From IMG/VR virus record IMGVR_UViG_3300028326_000005, positions 1 to 56,305 of that record: 56,305 bases of DNA; one strand, written 5' to 3'. The notes beneath the pieces were generated by a model. The model searched no databases, was not told the DNA's origin, and saw only the letters and a list, made by a program, of their open reading frames with translations. Of this stretch, positions 33,215 to 44,200 are shown in pieces. This stretch comes from a virus. Its lineage: Duplodnaviria; Caudoviricetes. The position numbers were made by a program, and so were the translations under genes. Position 1 is the first letter of the stretch. Each line of letters opens with the position of its first letter.

Positions 33215-34994
33215 ACCATTCGATTTCAGCGGATGGGCGACCCGTGCAAATCTGAAATGCTCTGACGGGAGAACCATCCTTAAAGACGCATTCAAGATCA
33301 ATGACGGGCAGACGGTCCCGTTGGTGTGGGACCACATTCACAACCAACCGGATGCAGTGCTTGGCCACGCGGTTTTGGAAAACAGGGAGGAAGGTGTTTA
33401 CGCCTATTGCTCGTTTAACGACACTGAAAACGGAAAACTTGCCAAGACGTTGGTGACGCATGGTGACGTTGCGGCGCTGTCTATTTTTGCCAACCAGTTG
33501 AAGCAACGGGGTTCTGACGTGATGCACGGTAATATCCGAGAGGTGAGCCTTGTGCTTGCCGGCGCGAACCCTGGAGCCTCTATCCAGTCGGTCATGAAAC
33601 ACGGCGATGATGGAACCGACACCGAAGACCCCGAACAAGGGGTGATCTATACGGGGGAAACCATCGAATTGGTGCATTCTGGTACAGAAGCAGGCGCCGA
33701 TACTACAGAAAAACCTGACGATGAAACGGTTGAAGATGTATTTAACAGCATGAGTGACAAGCAGAAAACGGTTGTGTACGCGATAATCGCAAATGCATTG
33801 AATACCGATGATTCCGAAAACAAGGAAGACAAGGGCGACAAGGACGATCCCGAAAATAAAAAGGAGGACAAAGTTGTGAAGCACAACGTGTTTGATAAGG
33901 ATACCGAAAAGACCAAGGAAGAGCTCGAAAAGGACAATGGGGATACGCTTACTCATTCCGAAATGAACGCCATCATTGATGATATGAAGCGTTACGGAGG
34001 TTTCCGAGAAAGCTGCAAACAGCATGATGTTAAATACGTTCCGTATCTCGCACATGGCATTGATCAGATTGATTACCTGTTTCCCGATGCGAAAACGACT
34101 GGCGCTACTCCCGAATTTATTAAACGCAAAACTGGTTGGGTCAGCAAGGTTATGAACGGGGTGCATCATACGCCGTTCAGCCGTATCAAAAGTATCTTCG
34201 CCGATATTACGGATGTTGAAGCTCGCGCCCGCGGTTACGTGAAGGGTAAACTGAAATTGGAGGAAGTCTTTGGTTTGCTGAAACGCACCACGACTCCGAC
34301 GACCGTTTACAAGAAGCAGAAACTGGACCGCGATGATGTGGTTGATATTGTGGATTTTGACGCCGTATCCTGGGTGAAGAGCGAAATGCGTGAGATGCTG
34401 GACGAAGAGCTGGCGACCGCATATCTTATCGGTGATGGCAGGACGTCTGCCAGCGATGACAAGATCAACGAACAGAATATCCGTCCGATCTGGACCGACT
34501 CGGAACTGTTCGTAATCAATAAGGTTGTTGACGTTGCCGCAAATGCCACCAATGACCAAAAAGCGCATGATTGCATTCGTGGGGCAATCCAGTCCTATGA
34601 AGATTACGAGGGTTCCGGCGAACCGACATTCTTTATGGCCCCTGGTGATCTGACCAACATGCTTCTTATGGAAGATACTACGGGCCGGGTAATCTACGAT
34701 ACCGTTGAAAAACTGCGTACCGCGTTGCAGGTGAAAGAGATTGTGACTGTTCCGGCCATGAAAGGTAAAATCCGTATTGTGGATGGCGAGACCCGCACGT
34801 TGGTTGGCATTATCGTGAATCTTGCCGACTACAACGTTGGCGCGGACAAAGGCGGTGCTGTGAATATGTTCGATGACTTTGACATCGACTATAACCAGCA
34901 GAAGTATCTGATTGAGACCCGGTGCTCCGGGGCGCTGACCAAGCCGCATTCCGCGATTGTGTTGGAGACAAAGAAACCGGGTACTAATACTTGA
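33204..34994 (+). CDS. Prohead protease - major capsid protein fusion (HK97-like)
   Basis: FSGWAT, VPLVWDH, LSIFAN, EVSLVLAGANPGA, acidic linker, capsid domain ending YLIETRCSGAL. Confidence 0.88.
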   Translation: MNNEPFDFSGWATRANLKCSDGRTILKDAFKINDGQTVPLVWDHIHNQPDAVLGHAVLENREEGVYAYCSFNDTENGKLAKTLVTHGDVAALSIFANQLKQRGSDVMHGNIREVSLVLAGANPGASIQSVMKHGDDGTDTEDPEQGVIYTGETIELVHSGTEAGADTTEKPDDETVEDVFNSMSDKQKTVVYAIIANALNTDDSENKEDKGDKDDPENKKEDKVVKHNVFDKDTEKTKEELEKDNGDTLTHSEMNAIIDDMKRYGGFRESCKQHDVKYVPYLAHGIDQIDYLFPDAKTTGATPEFIKRKTGWVSKVMNGVHHTPFSRIKSIFADITDVEARARGYVKGKLKLEEVFGLLKRTTTPTTVYKKQKLDRDDVVDIVDFDAVSWVKSEMREMLDEELATAYLIGDGRTSASDDKINEQNIRPIWTDSELFVINKVVDVAANATNDQKAHDCIRGAIQSYEDYEGSGEPTFFMAPGDLTNMLLMEDTTGRVIYDTVEKLRTALQVKEIVTVPAMKGKIRIVDGETRTLVGIIVNLADYNVGADKGGAVNMFDDFDIDYNQQKYLIETRCSGALTKPHSAIVLETKKPGTNT

Positions 34995-35027
34995 TAACCG
35001 AAGAATAAAATAAGGAGGAAAGAGATT

Positions 35028-35372
35028 ATGCCTACTGTCCCTACTGGTACTGTTTTTAACAATCATAACAACAAAGTTTTCGAATGTGCTGAGGATTTGC
35101 ACATTAAAGCGAAGCTGGTTTACGTAGGTGCCGATGGAGTTGCTTACAGTGACGAAAAAATGACTATGCCCATCCTCGGTGTTGTTTTGGAGGACATGTT
35201 TATGAAGGGGTTATTGGTAGTCGCCGGTTCTGTGATGTATCAACCGGTTGGCTTGTCCATCGATACAGATAACAACGTCACTACGGTTACCTACGTAAAA
35301 GCTGATGCCACAACGGCGACAACGGCCGTACTGGCGACGGTTGATTCTGCCGAGAAACTATCTGGGATCTAA
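35028..35372 (+). CDS. Probable head decoration/minor structural protein
   Basis: Strong RBS; directly after the capsid gene; beta-rich. Confidence 0.55.
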   Translation: MPTVPTGTVFNNHNNKVFECAEDLHIKAKLVYVGADGVAYSDEKMTMPILGVVLEDMFMKGLLVVAGSVMYQPVGLSIDTDNNVTTVTYVKADATTATTAVLATVDSAEKLSGI

Positions 35373-35390
35373 GGAGAGGAATAGTTCAAA

Positions 35391-35711
35391 ATGGCAAAGT
35401 TTAGCGGTGTCGTAGGGTATGCCGACAAGAAACAAATTTCTCCCGGCGTTTGGAAAGGCGTTGTTGAACGACCCTATTACGGGGATATTATCAAAAACAC
35501 AAGGCGTCTGGAAAATGGACAGCAGATTAACGACAATGTTGTACTGAATAATCAGGTGAGTATTGTGGCCGACCCTTATGCGAATACACATTTCTTTGCC
35601 ATTCTGTACGTTCGGTGGCAGGGGACCTGCTGGACAGTCACCAATGTGGAGGTCCAGCGCCCCCGCCTTCTGCTTACGCTAGGGGGCGTGTACAATGGGG
35701 AAACGGCTTGA
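35391..35711 (+). CDS. Head-tail adaptor
   Basis: MAKFSGVVGY...NQVSIVADPYA...WTVTNVEVQRPRL; position. Confidence 0.75.
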   Translation: MAKFSGVVGYADKKQISPGVWKGVVERPYYGDIIKNTRRLENGQQINDNVVLNNQVSIVADPYANTHFFAILYVRWQGTCWTVTNVEVQRPRLLLTLGGVYNGETA

Positions 35712-36000
35712 CCTGCATAACCTGTTATGCGGTGCTCTCGGAAGCGAAAACGTGTACTATGAACCCCCGGAAAACATTAAGATAGTTTATCCGTGCATCG
35801 TATACGAACGGACAAAAATTGATTCCCGGTATGCTGACGGAATACCATACCTGCGAAAAAAAAAGTACACATTGACTGCAATCTACAGGGATCCGGATTC
35901 CGAAATTGCAGACCGGTTATCCGAATTGCCGACGTGCATGCACGATCGGTTTTTTAAAACGGATTCCCTGTATCACGACGTATTTACGATCTATTTTTGA
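35695..36000 (+). CDS. Tail terminator/completion protein
   Basis: VYYEPPENIKIVYPCIVY...LYHDVFTIYF; position before the major tail gene. Confidence 0.72.
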   Translation: MGKRLDLHNLLCGALGSENVYYEPPENIKIVYPCIVYERTKIDSRYADGIPYLRKKKYTLTAIYRDPDSEIADRLSELPTCMHDRFFKTDSLYHDVFTIYF

Positions 36001-36014
36001 AGGAGGACAACTTT

Positions 36015-36725
36015 ATGTTCAAACTGGTTTGGGACGAAACGGGAAAACGGTTTTATGAAGTCGGCGTATCCAAAGGGGTGCTCTACAAGGCAACGGAATC
36101 AGATCCGTACGGGCTGGGCGTTGCCTGGAACGGCCTGACCGCGGTGACCGAGTCCCCGGAAGGCGCGGAACTTACGGACCTGTATGCCGACGGTATCAAG
36201 TATGCTTCCCTGCGATCTGCGGAGGTCTACAAGATGACAGTGGAAGCGTATACCTATCCGGATGAATTCGCGGAGTGCGACGGCAGTGCGGAGCCGGTTC
36301 CGGGTCTGCACGTTGGTCAGCAGAAGAGGCTGCCGTTTGGTCTTTGCTATCGGACGGAAGTCGGCAACGATGTTAACGAAGCGGGCGACGGCGACTACAA
36401 ACTGCACCTGGTGTACGGGGCCAGCGCTTCGCCTTCCGAGCGTGCGCACAACACGGTAAACGATTCGCCCGATGTGGAGGCAATGTCCTGGGAAGTAAAC
36501 ACCACGCCGATCAACGTAACAGGCCATAAGCCCACGGCGTGCCTGACGATTGAATCGGCTAAAGTGACACCTGCTAAGTTGGCGGCGCTGGAGGCCATTT
36601 TGTACGGCACGGAAGCCGCTGAGGCAGTCGGTACTGTCGGCGAGACAGGGTATGTAGCCGCGGTTGCGGAGGTAAAACCCCGCCTACCGCTTCCGGACGA
36701 AGTAATTACCCTGATGACTGCCTGA
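36015..36725 (+). CDS. Major tail protein
   Basis: KLVWDETGKRFYEVGV, AWNGLTAVTESP, EAYTYPDEF, YKLHLVYGA, LPLPDEV. Confidence 0.88.
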   Translation: MFKLVWDETGKRFYEVGVSKGVLYKATESDPYGLGVAWNGLTAVTESPEGAELTDLYADGIKYASLRSAEVYKMTVEAYTYPDEFAECDGSAEPVPGLHVGQQKRLPFGLCYRTEVGNDVNEAGDGDYKLHLVYGASASPSERAHNTVNDSPDVEAMSWEVNTTPINVTGHKPTACLTIESAKVTPAKLAALEAILYGTEAAEAVGTVGETGYVAAVAEVKPRLPLPDEVITLMTA

Positions 36726-36845
36726 GACAGAATTCGGTAATCGGTTATAGGAGAGTGCCTGTGTTGAAATGGGCGGGAGATGTGGCATTGGCGGGGATGT
36801 CACTTAAATATCGGATGTTCCATATTTGAAAGGAGAAAAAAAACG

Positions 36846-37265
36846 ATGCTTAAGAAGACGATCAAATACACAGACTACGACGGTACCGAACGGAACGAGG
36901 ATTTTTATTTCAACCTGACCAAGGCGGAAGTAATGGAAATGGAAATGGGCACGACCGGCGGCATGCAGAAGATGCTGGAAAAGATTGTGGCCGAACAGGA
37001 CAGCAAACGGATCATCGAAACGTTCAAGGACATCATCATCCGCAGTTATGGCGTGAAGACGCCCGATGGCAAGCGGTTTATGAAATCCAAGGAACTGGCG
37101 GATGCGTTTACGCAGACAGAGGCATACTCCGAACTCTTTATGGAGCTGGCTACCAACGCCGATGCAGCCGCGGCATTCGTTAACGGCATTATTCCGCAGA
37201 ACCTGGCTGGTGCGGCCGCTGCCACTACCCCTACCCCTACCGGCCCGATTGGTCTGGTTAAGTAA
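36846..37265 (+). CDS. Tail assembly chaperone
   Basis: MLKKTIKYTDYDG...FYFNLTKAE...AYSELFMEL; position. Confidence 0.72.
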   Translation: MLKKTIKYTDYDGTERNEDFYFNLTKAEVMEMEMGTTGGMQKMLEKIVAEQDSKRIIETFKDIIIRSYGVKTPDGKRFMKSKELADAFTQTEAYSELFMELATNADAAAAFVNGIIPQNLAGAAAATTPTPTGPIGLVK

Positions 37266-37288
37266 AAAACAGGAAGGAGAGAAGGAGA

Positions 37289-37831
37289 ATGCTTCAGATC
37301 ACAGTTCCAGCGGTTGAATATTACGACGAAAAAACCAGCACGTTTATCAGTACCCGGGAACAGACATTACAACTGGAGCATTCTCTTGTCTCCATTTCCC
37401 GATGGGAATCAAAATGGCATAAACCTTTTTTAAATCCGGAAAACAAAACAGACGAAGAATGCGCGGATTATCTGCGGTGCATGACGATCACCCAGAACGT
37501 TGACCCACGTGTGTATAGCAATGTGACCCCTGAACTGTACCGGCTGGTAGACGCATACATTGATGCTTCAATGACAGCAACCTGGTTCAGTGACCCGCCA
37601 AAAGGGGCAAAAAACCACGAAATCATCACGGCAGAGATTATCTATTACTGGATGATTTCACTGAATATCCCCTTTGAATGCCAGAAGTGGCATTTGAATA
37701 AGCTGTTAGCATTGATTCGGGTATGCAACAGCAAGAACGCTCCGAAGAAAAAAATGAGCAGGAAAGACATTTACAGCCAGAACCGGGAACTGAATGCTGC
37801 CAGAAAAAAACATTTGAATACAAAAGGCTGA
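37289..37831 (+). CDS. Tail assembly protein
   Basis: LEHSLVSISRWESKWHKPF...IIYYWMI...WHLNKL; position. Confidence 0.68.
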   Translation: MLQITVPAVEYYDEKTSTFISTREQTLQLEHSLVSISRWESKWHKPFLNPENKTDEECADYLRCMTITQNVDPRVYSNVTPELYRLVDAYIDASMTATWFSDPPKGAKNHEIITAEIIYYWMISLNIPFECQKWHLNKLLALIRVCNSKNAPKKKMSRKDIYSQNRELNAARKKHLNTKG

Positions 37832-37856
37832 CCATGGAGCCGGAGGGGAGAGTATC

Positions 37857-38234
37857 GTGATTCGATTTAAGCATATGGGAAGTTTTAAACATATAGAAAA
37901 ATTCTTCGCCAAGGCGACCAAAGAAGATTACCTGCAGATGCTGGCAAGATTGGGTCAGGAGGGTGTGAATGCTCTTGCCTCGGCAACACCGACAGATACG
38001 GGGAAAACTGCAAATTCCTGGAACTATGAGATCGTGACCGATAACGGCAGGACTTCAATTTTTTGGACAAACTCGAACATAAACGACGGCGTGAACATCG
38101 CCGTTATTTTACAATATGGGCACGGAACCGGAACCGGTGGATACGTGCAGGGGATTGATTACATTAACCCGGCCATTCGACCGGTTTTTGATAAGATCGC
38201 CCAAGAGGCGTGGAAAGGGGTGACGACTTCGTGA
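37857..38234 (+). CDS. HK97 gp10-like tail component
   Basis: ATPTDTGKTANSW...LQYGHGT...YINPAIRP. Confidence 0.75.
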   Translation: MIRFKHMGSFKHIEKFFAKATKEDYLQMLARLGQEGVNALASATPTDTGKTANSWNYEIVTDNGRTSIFWTNSNINDGVNIAVILQYGHGTGTGGYVQGIDYINPAIRPVFDKIAQEAWKGVTTS

Positions 38235-41200
38235 GCAGCGTTGATACCCGGGTTGTTGAGATGCAATTTGACAACCAGCAGTTTGAAAAAGGGGTTCAGA
38301 CCAGCGTGAAATCACTGGACGACCTGAAAAAAGGACTGGATCTGGAAAAATCGGCCAAAGGCCTTTCCGCCCTCGAAAGCGCAGGAAGGTCGTTTTCCCT
38401 TGCCGGGGTCGCCAACAGTGTTTCGACCATTGAAGGCCGGTTTACATCGCTTGGCATCGTCGGAGTGACGGCACTTACAAACATCACAAACTCCGCGATC
38501 AATGCCGGAAAGCAGATGCTCAAATCGCTTACGATCGACCCGGTTTCTTCCGGATTCAGCAAATACGAGAAAGAAACCACTTCCGTGCAGGCGATTATGA
38601 ATGCGACGGGAGAAGGCGTTGATACCGTTGAGGGAAAAATTGAAAAACTCGGATGGTTTACGGACGAAACGAGTTACGATTATTCAACAATGGTTGATAC
38701 TCTTGGTAAATTTGTTGCCGCAGGATCCGGCCTTGACGAGTCTATTACCGCCATGGAAGGTATTGCGACCGCCGGCGCTTTGGCAGGCGTGTCCATAGAC
38801 AAGACAAGCATTGCCTATTACAACCTGGCGCAGGCAATGGCTGCCGGAAAAGTATCTGCCCTCGACTGGAGATCAATCGAACAAGCCGGAATGGCAACTA
38901 AAAAGTTTAAACAAGATGCGATTGATGCTGCGGTAGCAAGTGGCACGGTTATCGATCTTGGCGATGGAAATTATATTTCTTCTTCAGACAAAGCAACTGC
39001 CAACAAGACTAAGAACAAAAGCAAGAGAAATGACCAGATAAAGAAGAAATCGTTCACCGCAGATTCAATGGGCGACCATTTGGAAAGCGGATGGTTCGAT
39101 AAAAATGTTCTAATGACAACTCTGAATAAATACGGAGAATATGCTGATGCCGTTTACAAAGTTGTTCAAGAACAGAATGTAACCACGCAAGAGGCCATGG
39201 ACATTGTCGACAAGAATACGGAGCTTTGGGACGATCCTTTTAAAGCGGCACAGGAAGCCAAAACGTTTACCGATGCTGTTAACTCGGTAAAAGATGCGGT
39301 AAGCACTGGCTGGAAGGATACGTTTAAGGCTGTATTTGGAAATTACGAGGAAGCAAAGGTTTTATGGACCGATCTTGCCGGATATCTGCTTGATATTTTT
39401 GCGGAATCCGGGAATGAACGGAACAAGATGCTGAAAGAGTGGAAGGAACTTGGCGGAAGAAACGATTTAACAGACGCGTTCTATAACATTATGGACTCAT
39501 TGGAGAACATCATTGCAACTGTTAAAGGGGCCATCTCCGAGATATTTCCGCCAATGACGGCTAATGTTCTGAAAAGCATGACTGCCGGAATTGACGCATT
39601 TACCGTAAAGATCAAAGCTTTTACTGAAAATACCGACAAAATGGACAAGGTAAAGAGCATTTTCAAAGGCATTGCCGCTATAGTTGACAATGTCCGTATG
39701 GCGATTTCCTGGCTCTGGGACGGTTTTAAAAAACTGATCGGGATTGCGGCGCCCGCCGGAGGTTCTATTTTGGATCTGGCGGCGAAAGTTGGCGATTATC
39801 TTGTAGCGTTCCATGATGCGATTAAGACATCCAAAACCTTTCAGGATATTTTAACCACTGTCGGCAAAGTGATCGTTTCGGTTCGCGGGTTTGTGGTGCG
39901 CGCTGGGCAAGTGATTGGCAAAGTATTCGGCGATTTGTTTGAAAAACTGAAAAACACCGGGATTTTTAAAAAGATCGGTGACGGGGTAAACACCTTTTTA
40001 GGGAAGATTCCGCAGGCGATCGAAACCCTGGAACGATGGGGCAAAGCGGTAGTCGATTACGTTGCAAGCACCGGAATTTTGCAGAAAGCATGGCAGAAGA
40101 TCAAAGAGTTTGCCGGACCAGCGATTCAGAAGATCAAAGAGTTTGCGAAATGGTTTGGAACGGCATTAAGAGCATTTTTCAGCGCAGATACAAGCGGCAT
40201 CACTGGATTCTGGGAGAAACTGAAAGCCCGGTTTATGGCAATGGGAACTTCTTTTGCCGGGACATGGACTACCGTAAAAAAGAAAGTGACTGCCGTATGG
40301 GAGTCTATTAAAACTTTCTTTGCCAAACTGTTCGGGAAAAACGGGGACGCTGAGAAAGAACTTACAAATCAAAATGGTGTAAAAGTAGGCCTTCCAATCG
40401 ATACCTCCAACTGGTTCACGATATTACGGGAAAAAGTGGGAACTGTTTGGAGCGGAATCAAGGCCTATCTCAAGAACTTTTTCAGCAAGACAGTTCCCGA
40501 TTTTTTCACCAAGACCGTTCCGAACCTGATGAAAAGCATTCCGCAGGTGTTCGGCGGTCTTGTGGAGCAACTTAAGACCATTGACTGGGGAGCAGTGTTT
40601 AATACTGCAATGACTGTACTTGGTGGTATTGCAGTTTTATCGCTGGTGAAGAGCATCAGCAATATCGGCAAGGGATTTAAAAGCCTCAGTGGCCTTTTTG
40701 ACAATTTTGGAAAAGGAGCCAAGGCCGCTCAAAAGGGACTTGGAAAGTTTCTTGGCAACTTTGACAAGATCCTGAAGAGTTTTAACACTAAAACCATTGT
40801 GCATAAGGATAGTCTGGGCAATAACATACTGAAAATTGCCACGGCAATCGGCATACTGGTTGCAGCGATTATCGTGATTGGGAACACTGAAGACAGCAAG
40901 CTGCAAAAAGGGTTGACTGTGCTGGGCATACTGGCCGTCGGTATGGTCGCTTTAGGCGTTGCGTTTAAGAAACTAGGTCCGGAGGACAGTAAAGGGATTT
41001 TACAGGCGGCAGCGGCACTTGCACTATTGACAAGACCAGTAATGATTCTCGGTAACATGAAACTGGATAAGCTGATTCTCGGACTAGGTGCAGTCGGATT
41101 GCTGTTAACGTTTTTAGTGGCGTTTACACAGCAAGCCAAAGGCCTTGGGAAAAGCACCGGATTCGTCGCGATGGCCGTTGCCCTGAACCTGCTGACTATT

Positions 41201-44200
41201 CCGATTAAAATTCTTGGCAGCATGGACTTTGACAAACTTGTTCTCGGACTAGGTGCGGTCGGGTTACTGTTGACCATGTTAACAATGTTTACGCAACAAG
41301 CCAAAGGCCTCGGGAAGAGCACCGGATTCATCGCGATGGCGGTTGCCCTGAACCTGCTGATTATCCCGATTAAAATTCTTGGCAGCATGGACTTTGACAA
41401 ACTTGTTCTCGGACTAGGTGCAGTCGGATTGCTGCTAACGTTTTTAGTAGCGTTTACACAGCAAGCCAAAGGTCTTGGCAAAAGCACCGGATTCATCGCG
41501 ATGGCCGTTGCCCTGAACCTGCTGATTATCCCGATTAAGATTCTTGGCAGCATGGACTTTGACAAACTTGCACTTGGAATGGGAGCAATCGGTGTACTAC
41601 TGCTTGGTCTAAGCCTATTTTGTAAGAAAACTAAAACACTTGGAAAAAGCACGGGGTTGATTGCTATGGCCGTCGCCCTGAATCTGCTGGTTATTCCGAT
41701 TAAAACCCTCGGCAAGATGAAACCGACAGATCTGGCTAAAGGCGTTGGGGCAATTTCCGCGCTGCTTGTTATTATGGGCGTGTTCAACAAATTGTCCGGC
41801 ACCGGAAACCTGCAATCTGCCAGTGCGCAAATCGTAAGTATGATCGGGATCGCCGGAGTCATTGTGATATTTGCGGAATCGCTGACTCTGATTAAAGGCA
41901 TACCCTGGCAATCGATCGCCGCGTTCAGCGTGGGAATCGTAGCAGTGGTAGGGGCGATGATTGCCTCGGCATTACTGCTAAAGGGCATTGACCCCATGTC
42001 AGCAACGAAGGCATCAGCGGCGCTCGCTATCCTCTCGGCAGGACTCGGCGCAGCCATTGAAGTACTGGCAGGATTTGTGGGAAACGCGGCTGAAGGGTTA
42101 TCCGGAAACGCGACGACAATCGTATCCAATCTACAAATATACAGTAACATGGCGGACAAGGTAAAATACGACGCCATTGGAAAGTCTATTACCGCCATTG
42201 AAAACCTAGCTGATATGATGGTAACGGTTGGCAGTAAGAACATCGGGAAGTTTGATGATTTCTCCAGCCAATTGACGTCACTTGGCGCAAGACTTTACCT
42301 GTTCAACCTTGGAATTTCTGGAATCGCCGCTGGAGGCGCGGACAACGCCGTCGCCATGGTGGATGACATCGACACCATCGGCAGTAAAATGGTGGAAATG
42401 CAGAAAAAGGGGTACGACCTGGACGCTATGGGTTCTGCGATCAGCACCTTCGGCGCAGACATGGAACTCTATGCGACGTCAATGAACGATGCTAACGGGT
42501 TGCTGAAAGATGACAAAGGCAAAAAGGTAGCCAGTGCAGACGATCTTACCGGCATGTTCACCGAAATGGCGAAGGTCGATCTTCCGCAGGAAACGATCAA
42601 CAGGATCGCCAAATACGGCGAAAATAACGGAGCCGGACTTCAAGGGTTTTCAGAAGGGTTAATCCAAATTGGGGACGCGGTTCAGGGGTACGCTGTCAGC
42701 ATCAAAGACATTTCTTTATTGGACGCTATCAAATCTGACATTGTCCTGGGGATGATTAACAACCTGCAAAACAATCTGCCTACTGTTGGAAATGAATTAT
42801 TCAGTTGGATCAACGGAAAACAGGAAACACTGGATGATTTTGCCACATCGCTGGTAACCCTCGGAGGAGGACTGACCGGATTAAACGACGGACTTAAAAA
42901 TTTCGACAATGATACGGCAATCGTGGTAACTGATACATTGGGTAAACTGATCGATGTACAGCAGAAACTTAAAATCCAGAACAGTCTGACAACATTTTTA
43001 GGTCCAAAAGGAGATCTCGGTGAGTTCGGAAACACCCTGAATGTGATGGGCGAGGGATTCCGACTTTATGTAGGAAGTTTGGAAGCATTCGCAAAAAACA
43101 CGGCAACTGTAAATAACGCGACAACTGCATTGCAGAAATTATCTGATGTACAAAACAGCCTTGCCAAATCTGGAGTCGGAGCACAATTAAATGGCGGAAG
43201 TCAGGATCTTGGCACATTTGGAGCCCAACTGAAGACACTTGGCGATAATTTTTATCTGTTCAGTGGAGCAATGGCCGGGGTAAAACTGCCGACGAACATG
43301 GCTGATATACAGACGGTGATTCAGAGTTTTGCGGACATCGCCGTGCAACTGAAGGATGTACCAAACGTTGGTTCCGGCACATACGACCTAAGTTCTCAGA
43401 TCGGTTGGTTTGGTGCGCATCTGAAAGATTTTTTCAGTAATGACAAAGGCATTGGGAACGTTACCGTAGACAACCAAAAGGTATTCGACATCATGACAAT
43501 GGTGGGCAACATCGCCGACATTGCAGTTAAATTGAACGGTATTACAGGCGGGATTGACTTCGACTTTCTGCAATCGGTACTGGACGGCGTCAACACACTG
43601 GTTATTCCTTCATTTGTGAGCGCCGGAGGCGATACGGCCAGTGTGTTTGTAGGCGGAATGGCGAATGGAATTCAAAATGGAACCAAAACGATTGCAACCG
43701 CGGCCAAAAACCTGGCCACCAACGGATGCGGCAATGCAAGGATGGCCTATCCCAACTGGTACACAACGGGACAATACCTGGCGCAGGGGCTGGGGAACGG
43801 CATATCCAGCATGGCGGGGCGTGTTCGAAACGCCGCCGTTAACGTCGCCGCCGGCGCCATACGATCCATCCAAATGACCTGGTCTGTACATTCCCCTTCC
43901 AAAGTCGGCAACGACCTGGGGATGTACTTTGACCTGGGTATTGCAGGAGGACTTGACGGTTACTCCAAAGTGGTGACACAAAGCGCAGCCGACGTTGGAA
44001 AGAACGCGACCGAATCCGCAAAGGCGATGCTTGGTAGTTTTACGGCGAATACCATCGACGGAATGGACACCGCGCCAACCATCCGCCCAGTTATCGACAT
44101 GAGCGATGTAACAAACGGCGTGAACACCATTAACGGATTGTTCAATGCCAACCGGTCACTAAACGCTGGGATCTTCACCGGCGCAACCTTTAACCGGAAC

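Noticed and set aside
33033-35102. 689-aa minus-strand ORF
   Set aside because: Antisense shadow of the protease-capsid gene; no motifs or RBS
37200-37300. Programmed frameshift between the tail chaperone genes
   Set aside because: No slippery heptamer before the first stop; the second gene has its own AAGGAG RBS
40729-42243. 504-aa minus-strand repeat ORF
   Set aside because: Antisense shadow of the tape measure repeats
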